From the NCBI GenBank assembly GCA_964016885.1, contig OZ024743.1, forward strand, positions 313,038,001 to 313,102,000: a DNA stretch of 64,000 nt, given 5' to 3'. The position numbers were made by a program, and so were the translations under genes. Under the pieces are notes generated by a model, which saw only the letters and a program-made list of their open reading frames with translations, ran no database searches and was not told the DNA's origin. Within the stretch, counting starts at the first letter, position 1. The number at the start of each line of letters is the position of its first letter. Source of the stretch: Eledone cirrhosa (taxonomy: Eukaryota). Positions 51,680-64,000 of this stretch are shown in pieces.

Positions 51680-54600
51680 GTGTTAAGGTATCTTTCACAC
51701 AATCCTTGAAACGCAGTTTGAGTTTGTGTTGTGGTCTTGCACCAAGTATTAATTAACCATAAAAGACTAGCTTTGGGATTTTGCAGTCATCAGATCTAAC
51801 TACGTGACCTACCTACCTATTGGATTTGGTGTTTGTGGATGTGAGCTTCAATGTTGACTGCAATTTATAATATTTCAGTGTCTGTTGTGTGTTCTGAAGT
51901 GAACCCCGAAAATGTCACGCAGCAACGTTGGTTAAACTGTCCGAGGAGTTTAATGAGCCTGTGATAGACAACCAAGATCTCACAATAATATAAGAGAATA
52001 GACAGATCAGACATTGTATACTGCAATTTTTGTCTCTTTTCTAATTCCCTTTCGACTCCAAAGACGTACCCTAAGACGTGTGAAAGAATCGGTTGCTTTT
52101 TTGATACAGAAGGTTATTTCATCCTCTAATGTACAATACTGCTTCGATTGCTTTTTTGATACAGAAGGTTATTTCATCCTTTAATGTACAATACTGCTTC
52201 GATTGCTTTTTTGATACAGAAGGTTATTTCATCCTCTAATGTACAATATTGCTTCGATTGCTTTTTTGATACAGAAGGTTATTTCATCCTCTAATGTGCA
52301 ATACTGCTTCGATTGCTTTTTTGATACAGAAGGTTATTTCATCCTCTAATGTACAATATTGCTTCGATTGCTTTTTTGATACAGAAGGTTATTTCATCCT
52401 CTAATGTACAATACTGCTTCGATTGCTTTTTTGATACAGAAGGTTATTTCATCCTCTAATGTACAATATTGCTTCGATTGCTTTTTTGATACAGAAGGTT
52501 ATTTCATCCTCTAATGTGCAATACTGCTTCGATTGTTTTTTTGATACAGAAGGTTATTTCATCCTCTAATGTGCAATACTGCTTCGATTGCTTTTTTGAT
52601 ACAGAAGGTTATTTCATCCTCTAATGTACAATATTGCTTCGATTGCTTTTTTGATACAGAAGGTTATTTCATCCTCTAATGTACAATACTGCTTCGATTG
52701 CTTTTTTGATACAGAAGGTTATTTCATCCTTTAATGTGCAATACTGCTTCGATTGTTTTTTTGATACAGAAGGTTATTTCATCCTCTAATGTACAATACT
52801 GCTTCGATTGCTTTTTTGATACAGAAGGTTATTTCATCCTCTAATGTACAATATTGCTTCGATTGCTTTTTTGATACAGAAGGTTATTTCATCCTCTAAT
52901 GTGCAATACTGCTTCGATTGCTTTTTTGATACAGAAGGTTATTTCATCCTCTAATGTGCAATACTGCTTCGATTGCTTTTTTGATACAGAAGGTTATTTC
53001 ATCCTCTAATGTGCAATACTGCTTCGATTGCGTTTTTGATACAGAAGGTTATTTCATCCTCTAATGTACAATATTGCTTCGATTGCTTTTTTGATACAGA
53101 AGGTTATTTCATCCTCTAATGTACAATATTGCTTCGATTGCTTTTTTGATACAGAAGGTTATTTCATCCTCTAATGTACAATATTGCTTCGATTGCTTTT
53201 TTGATACAGAAGGTTATTTCATCCTCTAATGTGCAATACTGCTTCGATTGCTTTTTTGATACAGAAGGTTATTTCATCCTCTAATGTGCAATACTGCTTC
53301 GATTGCTTTTTTGATACAGAAGGTTATTTCATCCTCTAATGTGCAATACTGCTTCGATTGCTTTTTTGATACAGAAGGTTATTTCATCCTCTAATGTGCA
53401 ATACTGCTTCGATTGTTTTTTTGATACAGAAGGTTATTTCATCCTTTAATGTGCAATACTGCTTCGATTGCTTTTTTGATACAGACGGTTATTTCATCCT
53501 TTAATGTACAATACTGCTTCGATTGCTTTTTTGATACAGACGGTTATTTCATCCTTTAATGTACAATACTGCTTCGATTGCTTTTTTGATACAGAAGGTT
53601 ATTTCATCCTTTAATGTGCAATACTGCTTCGATTGCTTTTTTGATACAGAAGGTTATTTCATCCTCTAATGTACAATACTGCTTCGATTGCTTTTTTGAT
53701 ACAGACGGTTATTTCATCCTTTAATGTACAATACTGCTTCGATTGCTTTTTTGATACAGACGGTTATTTCATCCTTTAATGTACAATACTGCTTCGATTG
53801 CTTTTTTGATACAGAAGGTTATTTCATCCTTTAATGTGCAATACTGCTTCGATTGCTTTTTTGATACAGAAGGTTATTTCATCCTTTAATGTACAATACT
53901 GCTTCGATTGCTTTTTTGATACAGAAGGTTATTTCATCCTCTAATGTGCAATACTGCTTCGATTGCTTTTTTGATACAGAAGGTTATTTCATCCTTTAAT
54001 GTGCAATACTGCTTCGATTGCTTTTTTGATACAGAAGGTTATTTCATCCTTTAATGTGCAATACTGCTTCGATTGCTTTTTTGATACAGAAGGTTATTTC
54101 ATCCTCTAATGTACAATACTGCTTCGATTGCTTTTTTGATACAGACGGTTATTTCATCCTTTAATGTACAATACTGCTTCGATTGCTTTTTTGATACAGA
54201 CGGTTATTTCATCCTTTAATGTACAATACTGCTTCGATTGCTTTTTTGATACAGAAGGTTATTTCATCCTTTAATGTACAATACTGCTTCGATTGCTTTT
54301 TTGATACAGAAGGTTATTTCATCCTCTAATGTGCAATACTGCTTCGATTGCTTTTTTGATACAGAAGGTTATTTCATCCTCTAATGTACAATACTGCTTC
54401 GATTGCTTTTTTGATACAGACGGTTATTTCATCCTTTAATGTACAATACTGCTTCGATTGCTTTTTTGATACAGAAGGTTATTTCATCCTTTAATGTGCA
54501 ATACTGCTTCGATTGCTTTTTTGATACAGAAGGTTATTTCATCCTTTAATGTACAATACTGCTTCGATTGCTTTTTTGATACAGAAGGTTATTTCATCCT

Positions 54601-57600
54601 TTAATGTGCAATACTGCTTCGATTGTTTTTTTGATACAGAAGGTTATTTCATCCTTTAATGTACAATACTGCTTCGATTGCTTTTTTGATACAGAAGGTT
54701 ATTTCATCCTTTAATGTACAATACTGCTTCGATTGTTTTTTTGATACAGAAGGTTATTTCATCCTTTAATGTACAATACTGCTTCGATTGCTTTTTTGAT
54801 ACAGACGGTTATTTCATCCTCTAATGTGCAATACTGCTTCGATTGCTTTTTTGATACAGAAGGTTATTTCATCCTCTAATGTACAATACTGCTTCGATTG
54901 TTTTTTTGATACAGAAGGTTATTTCATCCTCTAATGTGCAATACTGCTTCGATTGCTTTTTTGATACAGAAGGTTATTTCATCCTCTAATGTACAATACT
55001 GCTTCGATTGCTTTTTTGATACAGAAGGTTATTTCATCCTTTAATGTACAATACTGCTTCGATTGCTTTTTTGATACAGACGGTTATTTCATCCTTTAAT
55101 GTGCAATACTGCTTCGATTGCTTTTTTGATACAGAAGGTTATTTCATCCTTTAATGTACAATACTGCTTCGATTGTTTTTTTGATACAGAAGGTTATTTC
55201 ATCCTTTAATGTACAATACTGCTTCGATTGCTTTTTTGATACAGAAGGTTATTTCATCCTCTAATGTACAATACTGCTTCGATTGCTTTTTTGATACAGA
55301 CGGTTATTTCATCCTTTAATGTGCAATACTGCTTCGATTGCTTTTTTGATACAGAAGGTTATTTCATCCTTTAATGTACAATACTGCTTCGATTGTTTTT
55401 TTGATACAGAAGGTTATTTCATCCTTTAATGTACAATACTGCTTCGATTGCTTTTTTGATACAGACGGTTATTTCATCCTCTAATGTGCAATACTGCTTC
55501 GATTGCTTTTTTGATACAGACGGTTATTTCATCCTTTAATGTACAATACTGCTTCGATTGCTTTTTTTGATACAGAAGGTTATTTCATCCTCTAATGTGC
55601 AATACTGCTTCGATTGCTTTTTTGATACAGACGGTTATTTCATCCTTTAATGTACAATACTGCTTCGATTGCTTTTTTGATACAGACGGTTATTTCATCC
55701 TCTAATGTACAATACTGCTTCGATTGCTTTTTTGATACAGAAGGTTATTTCATCCTCTAATGTACAATACTGCTTCGATTGTTTTTTTGATACAGAAGGT
55801 TATTTCATCCTTTAATGTACAATACTGCTTCGATTGTTTTTTTGATACAGAAGGTTATTTCATCCTTTAATGTACAATACTGCTTCGATTGCTTTTTTGA
55901 TACAGACGGTTATTTCATCCTTTAATGTACAATACTGCTTCGATTGCTTTTTTGATACAGAAGGTTATTTCATCCTTTAATGTGCAATACTGCTTCGATT
56001 GCTTTTTTGATACAGAAGGTTATTTCATCCTTTAATGTACAATACTGCTTCGATTGCTTTTTTGATACAGAAGGTTATTTCATCCTTTAATGTGCAATAC
56101 TGCTTCGATTGTTTTTTTGATACAGAAGGTTATTTCATCCTTTAATGTACAATACTGCTTCGATTGCTTTTTTGATACAGAAGGTTATTTCATCCTCTAA
56201 TGTGCAATACTGCTTCGATTGCTTTTTTGATACAGAAGGTTATTTCATCCTTTAATGTGCAATACTGCTTCGATTGCTTTTTTGATACAGAAGGTTATTT
56301 CATCCTTTAATGTGCAATACTGCTTCGATTGCTTTTTTGATACAGAAGGTTATTTCATCCTCTAATGTACAATACTGCTTCGATTGCTTTTTTGATACAG
56401 ACGGTTATTTCATCCTTTAATGTACAATACTGCTTCGATTGCTTTTTTGATACAGACGGTTATTTCATCCTTTAATGTACAATACTGCTTCGATTGCTTT
56501 TTTGATACAGAAGGTTATTTCATCCTTTAATGTGCAATACTGCTTCGATTGCTTTTTTGATACAGAAGGTTATTTCATCCTTTAATGTACAATACTGCTT
56601 CGATTGCTTTTTTGATACAGAAGATTATTTCATCCTCTAATGTGCATTACTGCTTCGATTGCTTTTTTGATACAGAAGGTTATTTCATCCTCTAATGTAC
56701 AATACTGCTTCGATTGTTTTTTTGATACAGAAGGTTATTTCATCCTTTAATGTACAATACTGCTTCGATTGTTTTTTTGATACAGAAGGTTATTTCATCC
56801 TTTAATGTACAATACTGCTTCGATTGCTTTTTTGATACAGAAGGTTATTTCATCCTCTAATGTACAATACTGCTTCGATTGCTTTTTTGATACAGAAGGT
56901 TATTTCATCCTCTAATGTACAATACTGCTTCGATTGCTTTTTTGATACAGAAGGTTATTTCATCCTCTAATGTACAATACTGCTTCGATTGCTTTTTTGA
57001 TACAGAAGGTTATTTCATCCTCTAATGTACAATACTGCTTCGATTGCTTTTTTGATACAGAAGGTTATTTCATCCTCTAATGTACAATACTGCTTCGATT
57101 GCTTTTTTGATACAGACGGTTATTTCATCCTTTAATGTACAATACTGCTTCGATTGCTTTTTTGATACAGAAGGTTATTTCATCCTTTAATGTACAATAC
57201 TGCTTCGATTGCTTTTTTGATACAGAAGGTTATTTCATCCTTTAATGTGCAATACTGCTTCGATTGCTTTTTTGATACAGAAGGTTATTTCATCCTCTAA
57301 TGTACAATACTGCTTCGATTGCTTTTTTGATACAGACGGTTATTTCATCCTTTAATGTACAATACTGCTTCGATTGCTTTTTTGATACAGACGGTTATTT
57401 CATCCTTTAATGTACAATACTGCTTCGATTGCTTTTTTGATACAGAAGGTTATTTCATCCTTTAATGTACAATACTGCTTCGATTGCTTTTTTGATACAG
57501 AAGGTTATTTCATCCTCTAATGTGCAATACTGCTTCGATTGCTTTTTTGATACAGAAGGTTATTTCATCCTTTAATGTGCAATACTGCTTCGATTGCTTT

Positions 57601-60600
57601 TTTGATACAGAAGGTTATTTCATCCTTTAATGTGCAATACTGCTTCGATTGCTTTTTTGATACAGAAGGTTATTTCATCCTCTAATGTACAATACTGCTT
57701 CGATTGCTTTTTTGATACAGACGGTTATTTCATCCTTTAATGTACAATACTGCTTCGATTGCTTTTTTGATACAGACGGTTATTTCATCCTTTAATGTAC
57801 AATACTGCTTCGATTGCTTTTTTGATACAGAAGGTTATTTCATCCTTTAATGTGCAATACTGCTTCGATTGCTTTTTTGATACAGAAGGTTATTTCATCC
57901 TTTAATGTACAATACTGCTTCGATTGCTTTTTTGATACAGAAGGTTATTTCATCCTCTAATGTGCAATACTGCTTCGATTGCTTTTTTGATACAGAAGGT
58001 TATTTCATCCTCTAATGTACAATACTGCTTCGATTGCTTTTTTGATACAGACGGTTATTTCATCCTTTAATGTACAATACTGCTTCGATTGCTTTTTTGA
58101 TACAGACGGTTATTTCATCCTTTAATGTACAATACTGCTTCGATTGCTTTTTTGATACAGAAGGTTATTTCATCCTTTAATGTGCAATACTGCTTCGATT
58201 GCTTTTTTGATACAGAAGGTTATTTCATCCTTTAATGTACAATACTGCTTCGATTGCTTTTTTGATACAGAAGGTTATTTCATCCTTTAATGTGCAATAC
58301 TGCTTCGATTGTTTTTTTGATACAGAAGGTTATTTCATCCTTTAATGTACAATACTGCTTCGATTGCTTTTTTGATACAGAAGGTTATTTCATCCTTTAA
58401 TGTACAATACTGCTTCGATTGTTTTTTTGATACAGAAGGTTATTTCATCCTTTAACGTACAATACTGCTTCGATTGCTTTTTTGATACAGAAGGTTATTT
58501 CATCCTTTAATGTACAATACTGCTTCGATTGCTTTTTTGATACAGACGGTTATTTCATCCTCTAATGTGCAATACTGCTTCGATTGCTTTTTTGATACAG
58601 AAGGTTATTTAATCCTCTAATGTACAATACTGCTTCGATTGTTTTTTTGATACAGAAGGTTATTTCATCCTCTAATGTGCAATACTGCTTCGATTGCTTT
58701 TTTGATACAGAAGGTTATTTCATCCTCTAATGTACAATACTGCTTCGATTGCTTTTTTGATACAGAAGGTTATTTCATCCTTTAATGTACAATACTGCTT
58801 CGATTGCTTTTTTGATACAGACGGTTATTTCATCCTTTAATGTGCAATACTGCTTCGATTGCTTTTTTGATACAGAAGGTTATTTCATCCTTTAATGTAC
58901 AATACTGCTTCGATTGTTTTTTTGATACAGAAGGTTATTTCATCCTTTAATGTACAATACTGCTTCGATTGCTTTTTTGATACAGAAGGTTATTTCATCC
59001 TCTAATGTACAATACTGCTTCGATTGCTTTTTTGATACAGACGGTTATTTCATCCTTTAATGTGCAATACTGCTTCGATTGCTTTTTTGATACAGAAGGT
59101 TATTTCATCCTTTAATGTACAATACTGCTTCGATTGTTTTTTTGATACAGAAGGTTATTTCATCCTTTAATGTACAATACTGCTTCGATTGCTTTTTTGA
59201 TACAGACGGTTATTTCATCCTCTAATGTGCAATACTGCTTCGATTGCTTTTTTGATACAGACGGTTATTTCATCCTTTAATGTACAATACTGCTTCGATT
59301 GCTTTTTTTGATACAGAAGGTTATTTCATCCTCTAATGTGCAATACTGCTTCGATTGCTTTTTTGATACAGACGGTTATTTCATCCTTTAATGTACAATA
59401 CTGCTTCGATTGCTTTTTTGATACAGACGGTTATTTCATCCTCTAATGTACAATACTGCTTCGATTGCTTTTTTGATACAGAAGGTTATTTCATCCTCTA
59501 ATGTACAATACTGCTTCGATTGTTTTTTTGATACAGAAGGTTATTTCATCCTTTAATGTACAATACTGCTTCGATTGTTTTTTTGATACAGAAGGTTATT
59601 TCATCCTTTAATGTACAATACTGCTTCGATTGCTTTTTTGATACAGAAGGTTATTTCATCCTCTAATGTACAATACTGCTTCGATTGCTTTTTTGATACA
59701 GAAGGTTATTTCATCCTCTAATGTACAATACTGCTTCGATTGCTTTTTTGATACAGAAGGTTATTTCATCCTCTAATGTACAATACTGCTTCGATTGCTT
59801 TTTTGATACAGAAGGTTATTTCATCCTCTAATGTACAATACTGCTTCGATTGCTTTTTTGATACAGAAGGTTATTTCATCCTCTAATGTACAATACTGCT
59901 TCGATTGCTTTTTTGATACAGACGGTTATTTCATCCTTTAATGTACAATACTGCTTCGATTGCTTTTTTGATACAGAAGGTTATTTCATCCTTTAATGTA
60001 CAATACTGCTTCGATTGCTTTTTTGATACAGAAGGTTATTTCATCCTTTAATGTACAATACTGCTTCGATTGCTTTTTTGATACAGACGGTTATTTCATC
60101 CTTTAATGTACAATACTGCTTCGATTGTTTTTTTGATACAGAAGGTTATTTCATCCTCTAATGTACAATACTGCTTCGATTGCTTTTTTGATACAGAAGG
60201 TTATTTCATCCTCTAATGTGCAATACTGCTTAATTGTACTTCCATGTAAACTTATGAACTCCTTTGAGTTTTTGTCCATCTACGTGAGGGAGAAACCGAC
60301 ACAGGTTGAAACATTACTATAGTTGTATCTAGGCTAATAGTTAATCCAAAGGCATTACATGAACAAGATAGTCTATTCATGAAGTTTGCATAGCTGTGAG
60401 TGAATGGGCAATTAGAACGCAGTCATCAGCTTAAAGTAGATCGCGAATGAGAATTTGGAGAGCTTTGCAGCAAAGCGCCTATGTTGAAAAGCTTTTCCGA
60501 GGAGCGATACCTGATGATGATGCTACCATTACTGTCCCTAAAGACATCAATGAGAACCACAGAGAAATAGATAGAGAAAAGAGTATGAGACATTAGATCA

Positions 60601-61550
60601 CCCTGTTTAACAGCATTTTATACTTTGATTGGTTCTGAAATAATATCACCAATATTTACCCAAGCCTCTATGTCGTCATGAAAGGATTTGATTATATTAA
60701 CAAAGTCTTCCAGGCACACTAATTTGACAAGGATCTTCCACAGAGCAACTCTGTTCACCATATCAAAGGCTTTTGTTAAATCCACAAATACCTGATACAG
60801 GTCCTGTTGTTGTTCGTAACACTTTTTTTTAAAATTTGACGTGCTGTAAAGATCATATCAATTGTCCATCTTTTGGGCTGGAGTCACATTGTAAGTCTGC
60901 TAAGATCAGGTTTGATATATTATGATTTAGTTTTGAAAGCATCAGTGAAGCAAGAATTTTCCCTGGAGCACAGAGAAGAGCTATTCCTCTATAATTTCCG
61001 TCTACTTCCTGCTGGCCTTTGGTCTTGTATAAAGGGATCATTATTGTATCTTTCCAATCTTTTGGTACTTCACCCTCCTGCCATATTTTCAAAATTAATT
61101 CATGCATTATTTCGCATAGACTCCCATAGCCATATCTGAAAATCTCTGCGAACAATCCTACCTTCCTGCAGCTTTACCTAAATTATGTTTCTTGATGCTA
61201 ATATATATTTTTCTTCAAGGCTAGGAGGGTTATTAAGAGAGAGGTCTGTGGGTCTCTGTTGAATATTGTTAACAGCGTTTTGGTCAATGTGAGAATCTCT
61301 ATTTAATAAATTATTGAAATGTTCTTTCCATCTTTTAGCTATGCTATCCAGGTCTGTTAGTAGATTTGAGCCATCCTTGGATCTGAGTGAAGTTATCTTA
61401 GTGGATCTTGATACAAAGGCTAGTCTCATCAAATTATAGAATTGCTTTGAATTCCTTTAGTTAGCTGCTATCTGTATATTATATGCAAGTTTTGATCACC
61501 AATTCTCTTGCATGTAAGGCAATTTACGCTGAGTATCAGCATTAGCTTTT
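51680..61550 (-). mobile_element. Decayed RTE (BovB-like) LINE interrupted internally by the 55-bp array
   Basis: Right part: RWKEHFNNLLN, EGEVPKDWKD, NYRGIALL, FVDLTKAFD, VKQGD, IRDLL*ADD, FGLTISL, GQKLKGVHKF..GSTI. Left part continues: KKATDSFTRLRVRLWSRKGIRKETKIAVY...GHVVRSDDCKIPKLVFYG...RFKDCVKDTL. Confidence 0.88.
52090..60231. repeat. Tandem array of 148 x 55-bp units (two units are 56 bp)
   Basis: Unit cgattgYttttttgatacagaMggttatttcatcctYtaatgtRcaataYtgctt; 8142 bp = 148 x 55 + 2. Confidence 0.98.
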
Positions 61551-61589
61551 ATACATACATAAATACACATCCACACACGCACTTACACA

Positions 61590-61867
61590 CATATACACCT
61601 ATATAAGAAGAACAAAATGGTATTTCACATCGAAGTTTTTATTGATTAGGTTCAGTTTCGAACGTGTCACAGATGGGTGGCTCAGGATCCTTATTAATGT
61701 TATAAACCCGACTCCAACTCCAAATCTGCTCATCAGACATGTTAATCAACCAAAGCCAGAATCTCATCTTAGATGATCCTGAGCCACACATCTGTGAAAC
61801 GTTCGTTACTGAGCCTAATCAGTAAAAACCCCAATGTGAAACCTCGTTTTGTTCTTAATATATGTGT
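61590..61867. repeat. Imperfect palindrome (arms about 90 bp) with degenerate hammerhead-like core
   Basis: About 61600-61690 is inverted at about 61775-61867; right arm reads TAGATGATCC...GAAAC GTTC GTT ACTGAG. Confidence 0.7.
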
Positions 61868-61933
61868 TCTGCTGTAGCACAGAGTGCTAATATTGGTTCC
61901 TACTTCAGTAGACCACATATCCACTGAATAACC

Positions 61934-61999
<66 letters not shown>

Positions 62000-62344
62000 A
62001 GAGAGAGAACGGAAGAAAAGAGGTATTATATCACGATTCTCACAGGTAGCTTATAAAACTTAAACGTTCAGCCGGTCATGGTCCAATTCATATAATCTCT
62101 TAGTACAAACGGGAGACAGCATAACATTCCTGGCATAATCAGAATCAGCGCTACTATAAAACTCAACAAGGCAGACACCTAGGCCGCAGAGCTTAAACAA
62201 GGGCATTACTTTACCTTGAAGGATCACATTTATACTGGGTGGATGGAAGGAAATTCCGTATTTAAAATTGTTTATAGCTATTAATTATTGGTTTATTTTC
62301 ATAAAACATTTTACTTTGAACAGTATTAGAGTAGAAAGATAGTA

Positions 62345-62850
62345 GAGAGTTAAAATTCTACATAGACACCAGCTTTGTTCACCAGTATTTGTAATTGTCT
62401 GGGTGTATCCTCGACAGACTTCATCAACAACTCAGGTGGTATATTTGTCAGTACATGATGAATACGTTCCTCCAATTTATCCAGAGCTTTGGGTTTTGAG
62501 CTATAAACTTCTTCCTTCACACACCCTTACAGGAAAAAATCGCATGGCGTTAAGTCAGGGGTTCTTGTTGGCCATTCATGTGATTCTTGATGAAATTGGA
62601 CATCAAGCCACTCACAGACAAAATGAGGATAGGTACCATCTTGCATGGATATGAGGTTATTGATGTATACAAATTTGTTTAACTTAGATATATAATTTCC
62701 TGGAATCAATACGTATTGATAGACATATTGTGGAAATATCCAAAGTGGTGGGGGAGGGTCGTAGGATTTTGTATGAGTGAGGGTAAATTGTGTAGTAGAA
62801 ATGTAGGTTAATATATTTTCATGTGTGGTCGGAACATCACCTTGTACATA
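62345..62850 (-). mobile_element. Decayed Tc1/mariner-superfamily transposase fragment
   Basis: MQDGTYPHFVCEWLD...WPTRTPDLTPCDFFL*GCVKEEVYSSKP. Confidence 0.8.
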
Positions 62851-63017
62851 ACGCTCGCACACACATACACATACACACATACATATACACACAGACATAC
62901 ATATACATAGACACATGCACACACCATCACACGCAGGCATACATACACACATACACACACACACATTCTCTCATATATAGTAGTAAATACACCTGAGTAA
63001 TGACTGAAACCACTCAA

Positions 63018-63076
<59 letters not shown>

Positions 63077-64000
63077 CTCTCTCTCTCTTTCTCTCTGTCT
63101 CTCTCTCTCATACAGTAACATCCTGCTCCCCTTGAGTCAATACTAACTATAGGTTTAGACTTTAAAAGTTTCTCTGCGAGGTGTGCAAACATGGACAGGG
63201 CGTTTTATGAATGACCAGCGTCGCCCTTAAATGCCAGTCTCCTCTTTCTACGACCCCTCAGATGTTGTTTAAGGGAAAAGCAAAGGTCGATATAGCCTGA
63301 CACTAGTATCGTCGCAGGTGAATAACCACACTCTCTCTTGGACAGCACATTAATCCGTCGCATGTTTAACTCTCCCACCTGCTACTGGTACTCATTCCCC
63401 CTCACCTGAATGAAAATATATTAACTTGGTCAAGAATAAAACAGGCCGTCTTGTCCAAGGTCCTGAACCCAACGCTCTAACTACTTGTCCATACACCTTT
63501 TCCTCATACATATGTGTTATGTTTGATCTCTGCCGGCGACTACTATGTGTGTCCTAGATGGAACAATGGAAAAGACTGTTCATGAAATTAACGCGCACGT
63601 GGCTAAGCATTCCATAAATACGTATAATCTTAAAACAATTCTCAGGGAGATTCTGCGTAACATAGTATGTAAGAAGGCTGGCCCTTTGAATTTCAGCTAC
63701 ATCCATCCTACTCACTTGGAATAAATTCCAAGGTGTGTAGGATGGAATAATGTGAAAATAAAGTGTATTTTAGAAAGACACAAAGCCGATGCGAGAATCA
63801 AACTCATGTCCTTACGATTTTGAGTCCAACATCTCAACCACTAGGCTACGCTCCTTTACCACCCCCTCTCTCTCACACAGACACTCCCAGACGTCCACTC
63901 CCATATACACGTGTGGATTATATATATATATATATATGTGGAAAAAATGAAACGAAATTTCATTTCCCACTCTTAGTACGGCTGTTACTTAAATATAAGT

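Noticed and set aside
52090-60231. CRISPR-like array or coding repeat
   Set aside because: No unique spacers and no cas genes in a eukaryotic context. The 55-bp unit is not a multiple of 3 and contains stops, so there is no long ORF.

Overview
Repeat-rich eukaryotic (animal) genomic DNA. The SINE/LINE repertoire and (TA)n density resemble a coleoid cephalopod such as Octopus; that assignment is inference, not verified. The left 13 kb holds the 5' half of a minus-strand KDM1B/LSD2 gene: 10 hand-spliced, phase-consistent GT-AG coding exons (436 codons: C4H2C2 finger, zf-CW, SWIRM, start of the FAD amine oxidase domain). The gene runs off the left edge and has a probable promoter near 16.9 kb. 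The rest is mostly mobile DNA: many RTE-clade LINE copies with a PHD-like finger inside the RT, a Penelope-like GIY-YIG element, a near full-length R4/Dong-type RLE retrotransposon in the (TAA)n tail of an L1/Tx1-type element, mariner/Tc1 relics, MITEs and tRNA-like SINEs. Two things stand out. (1) An 8.1-kb array of exactly 148 x 55-bp units lies inside a decayed RTE LINE, and its monomer is a piece of that LINE's own RT coding sequence. (2) About a dozen short non-coding elements from several families carry minimal type I hammerhead-ribozyme motifs (canonical and U3-A8 variants), often as palindromes whose inversion point falls in the ribozyme core. They look like Penelope-dependent, retrozyme-like elements, and some lie in sense orientation within the KDM1B transcription unit.
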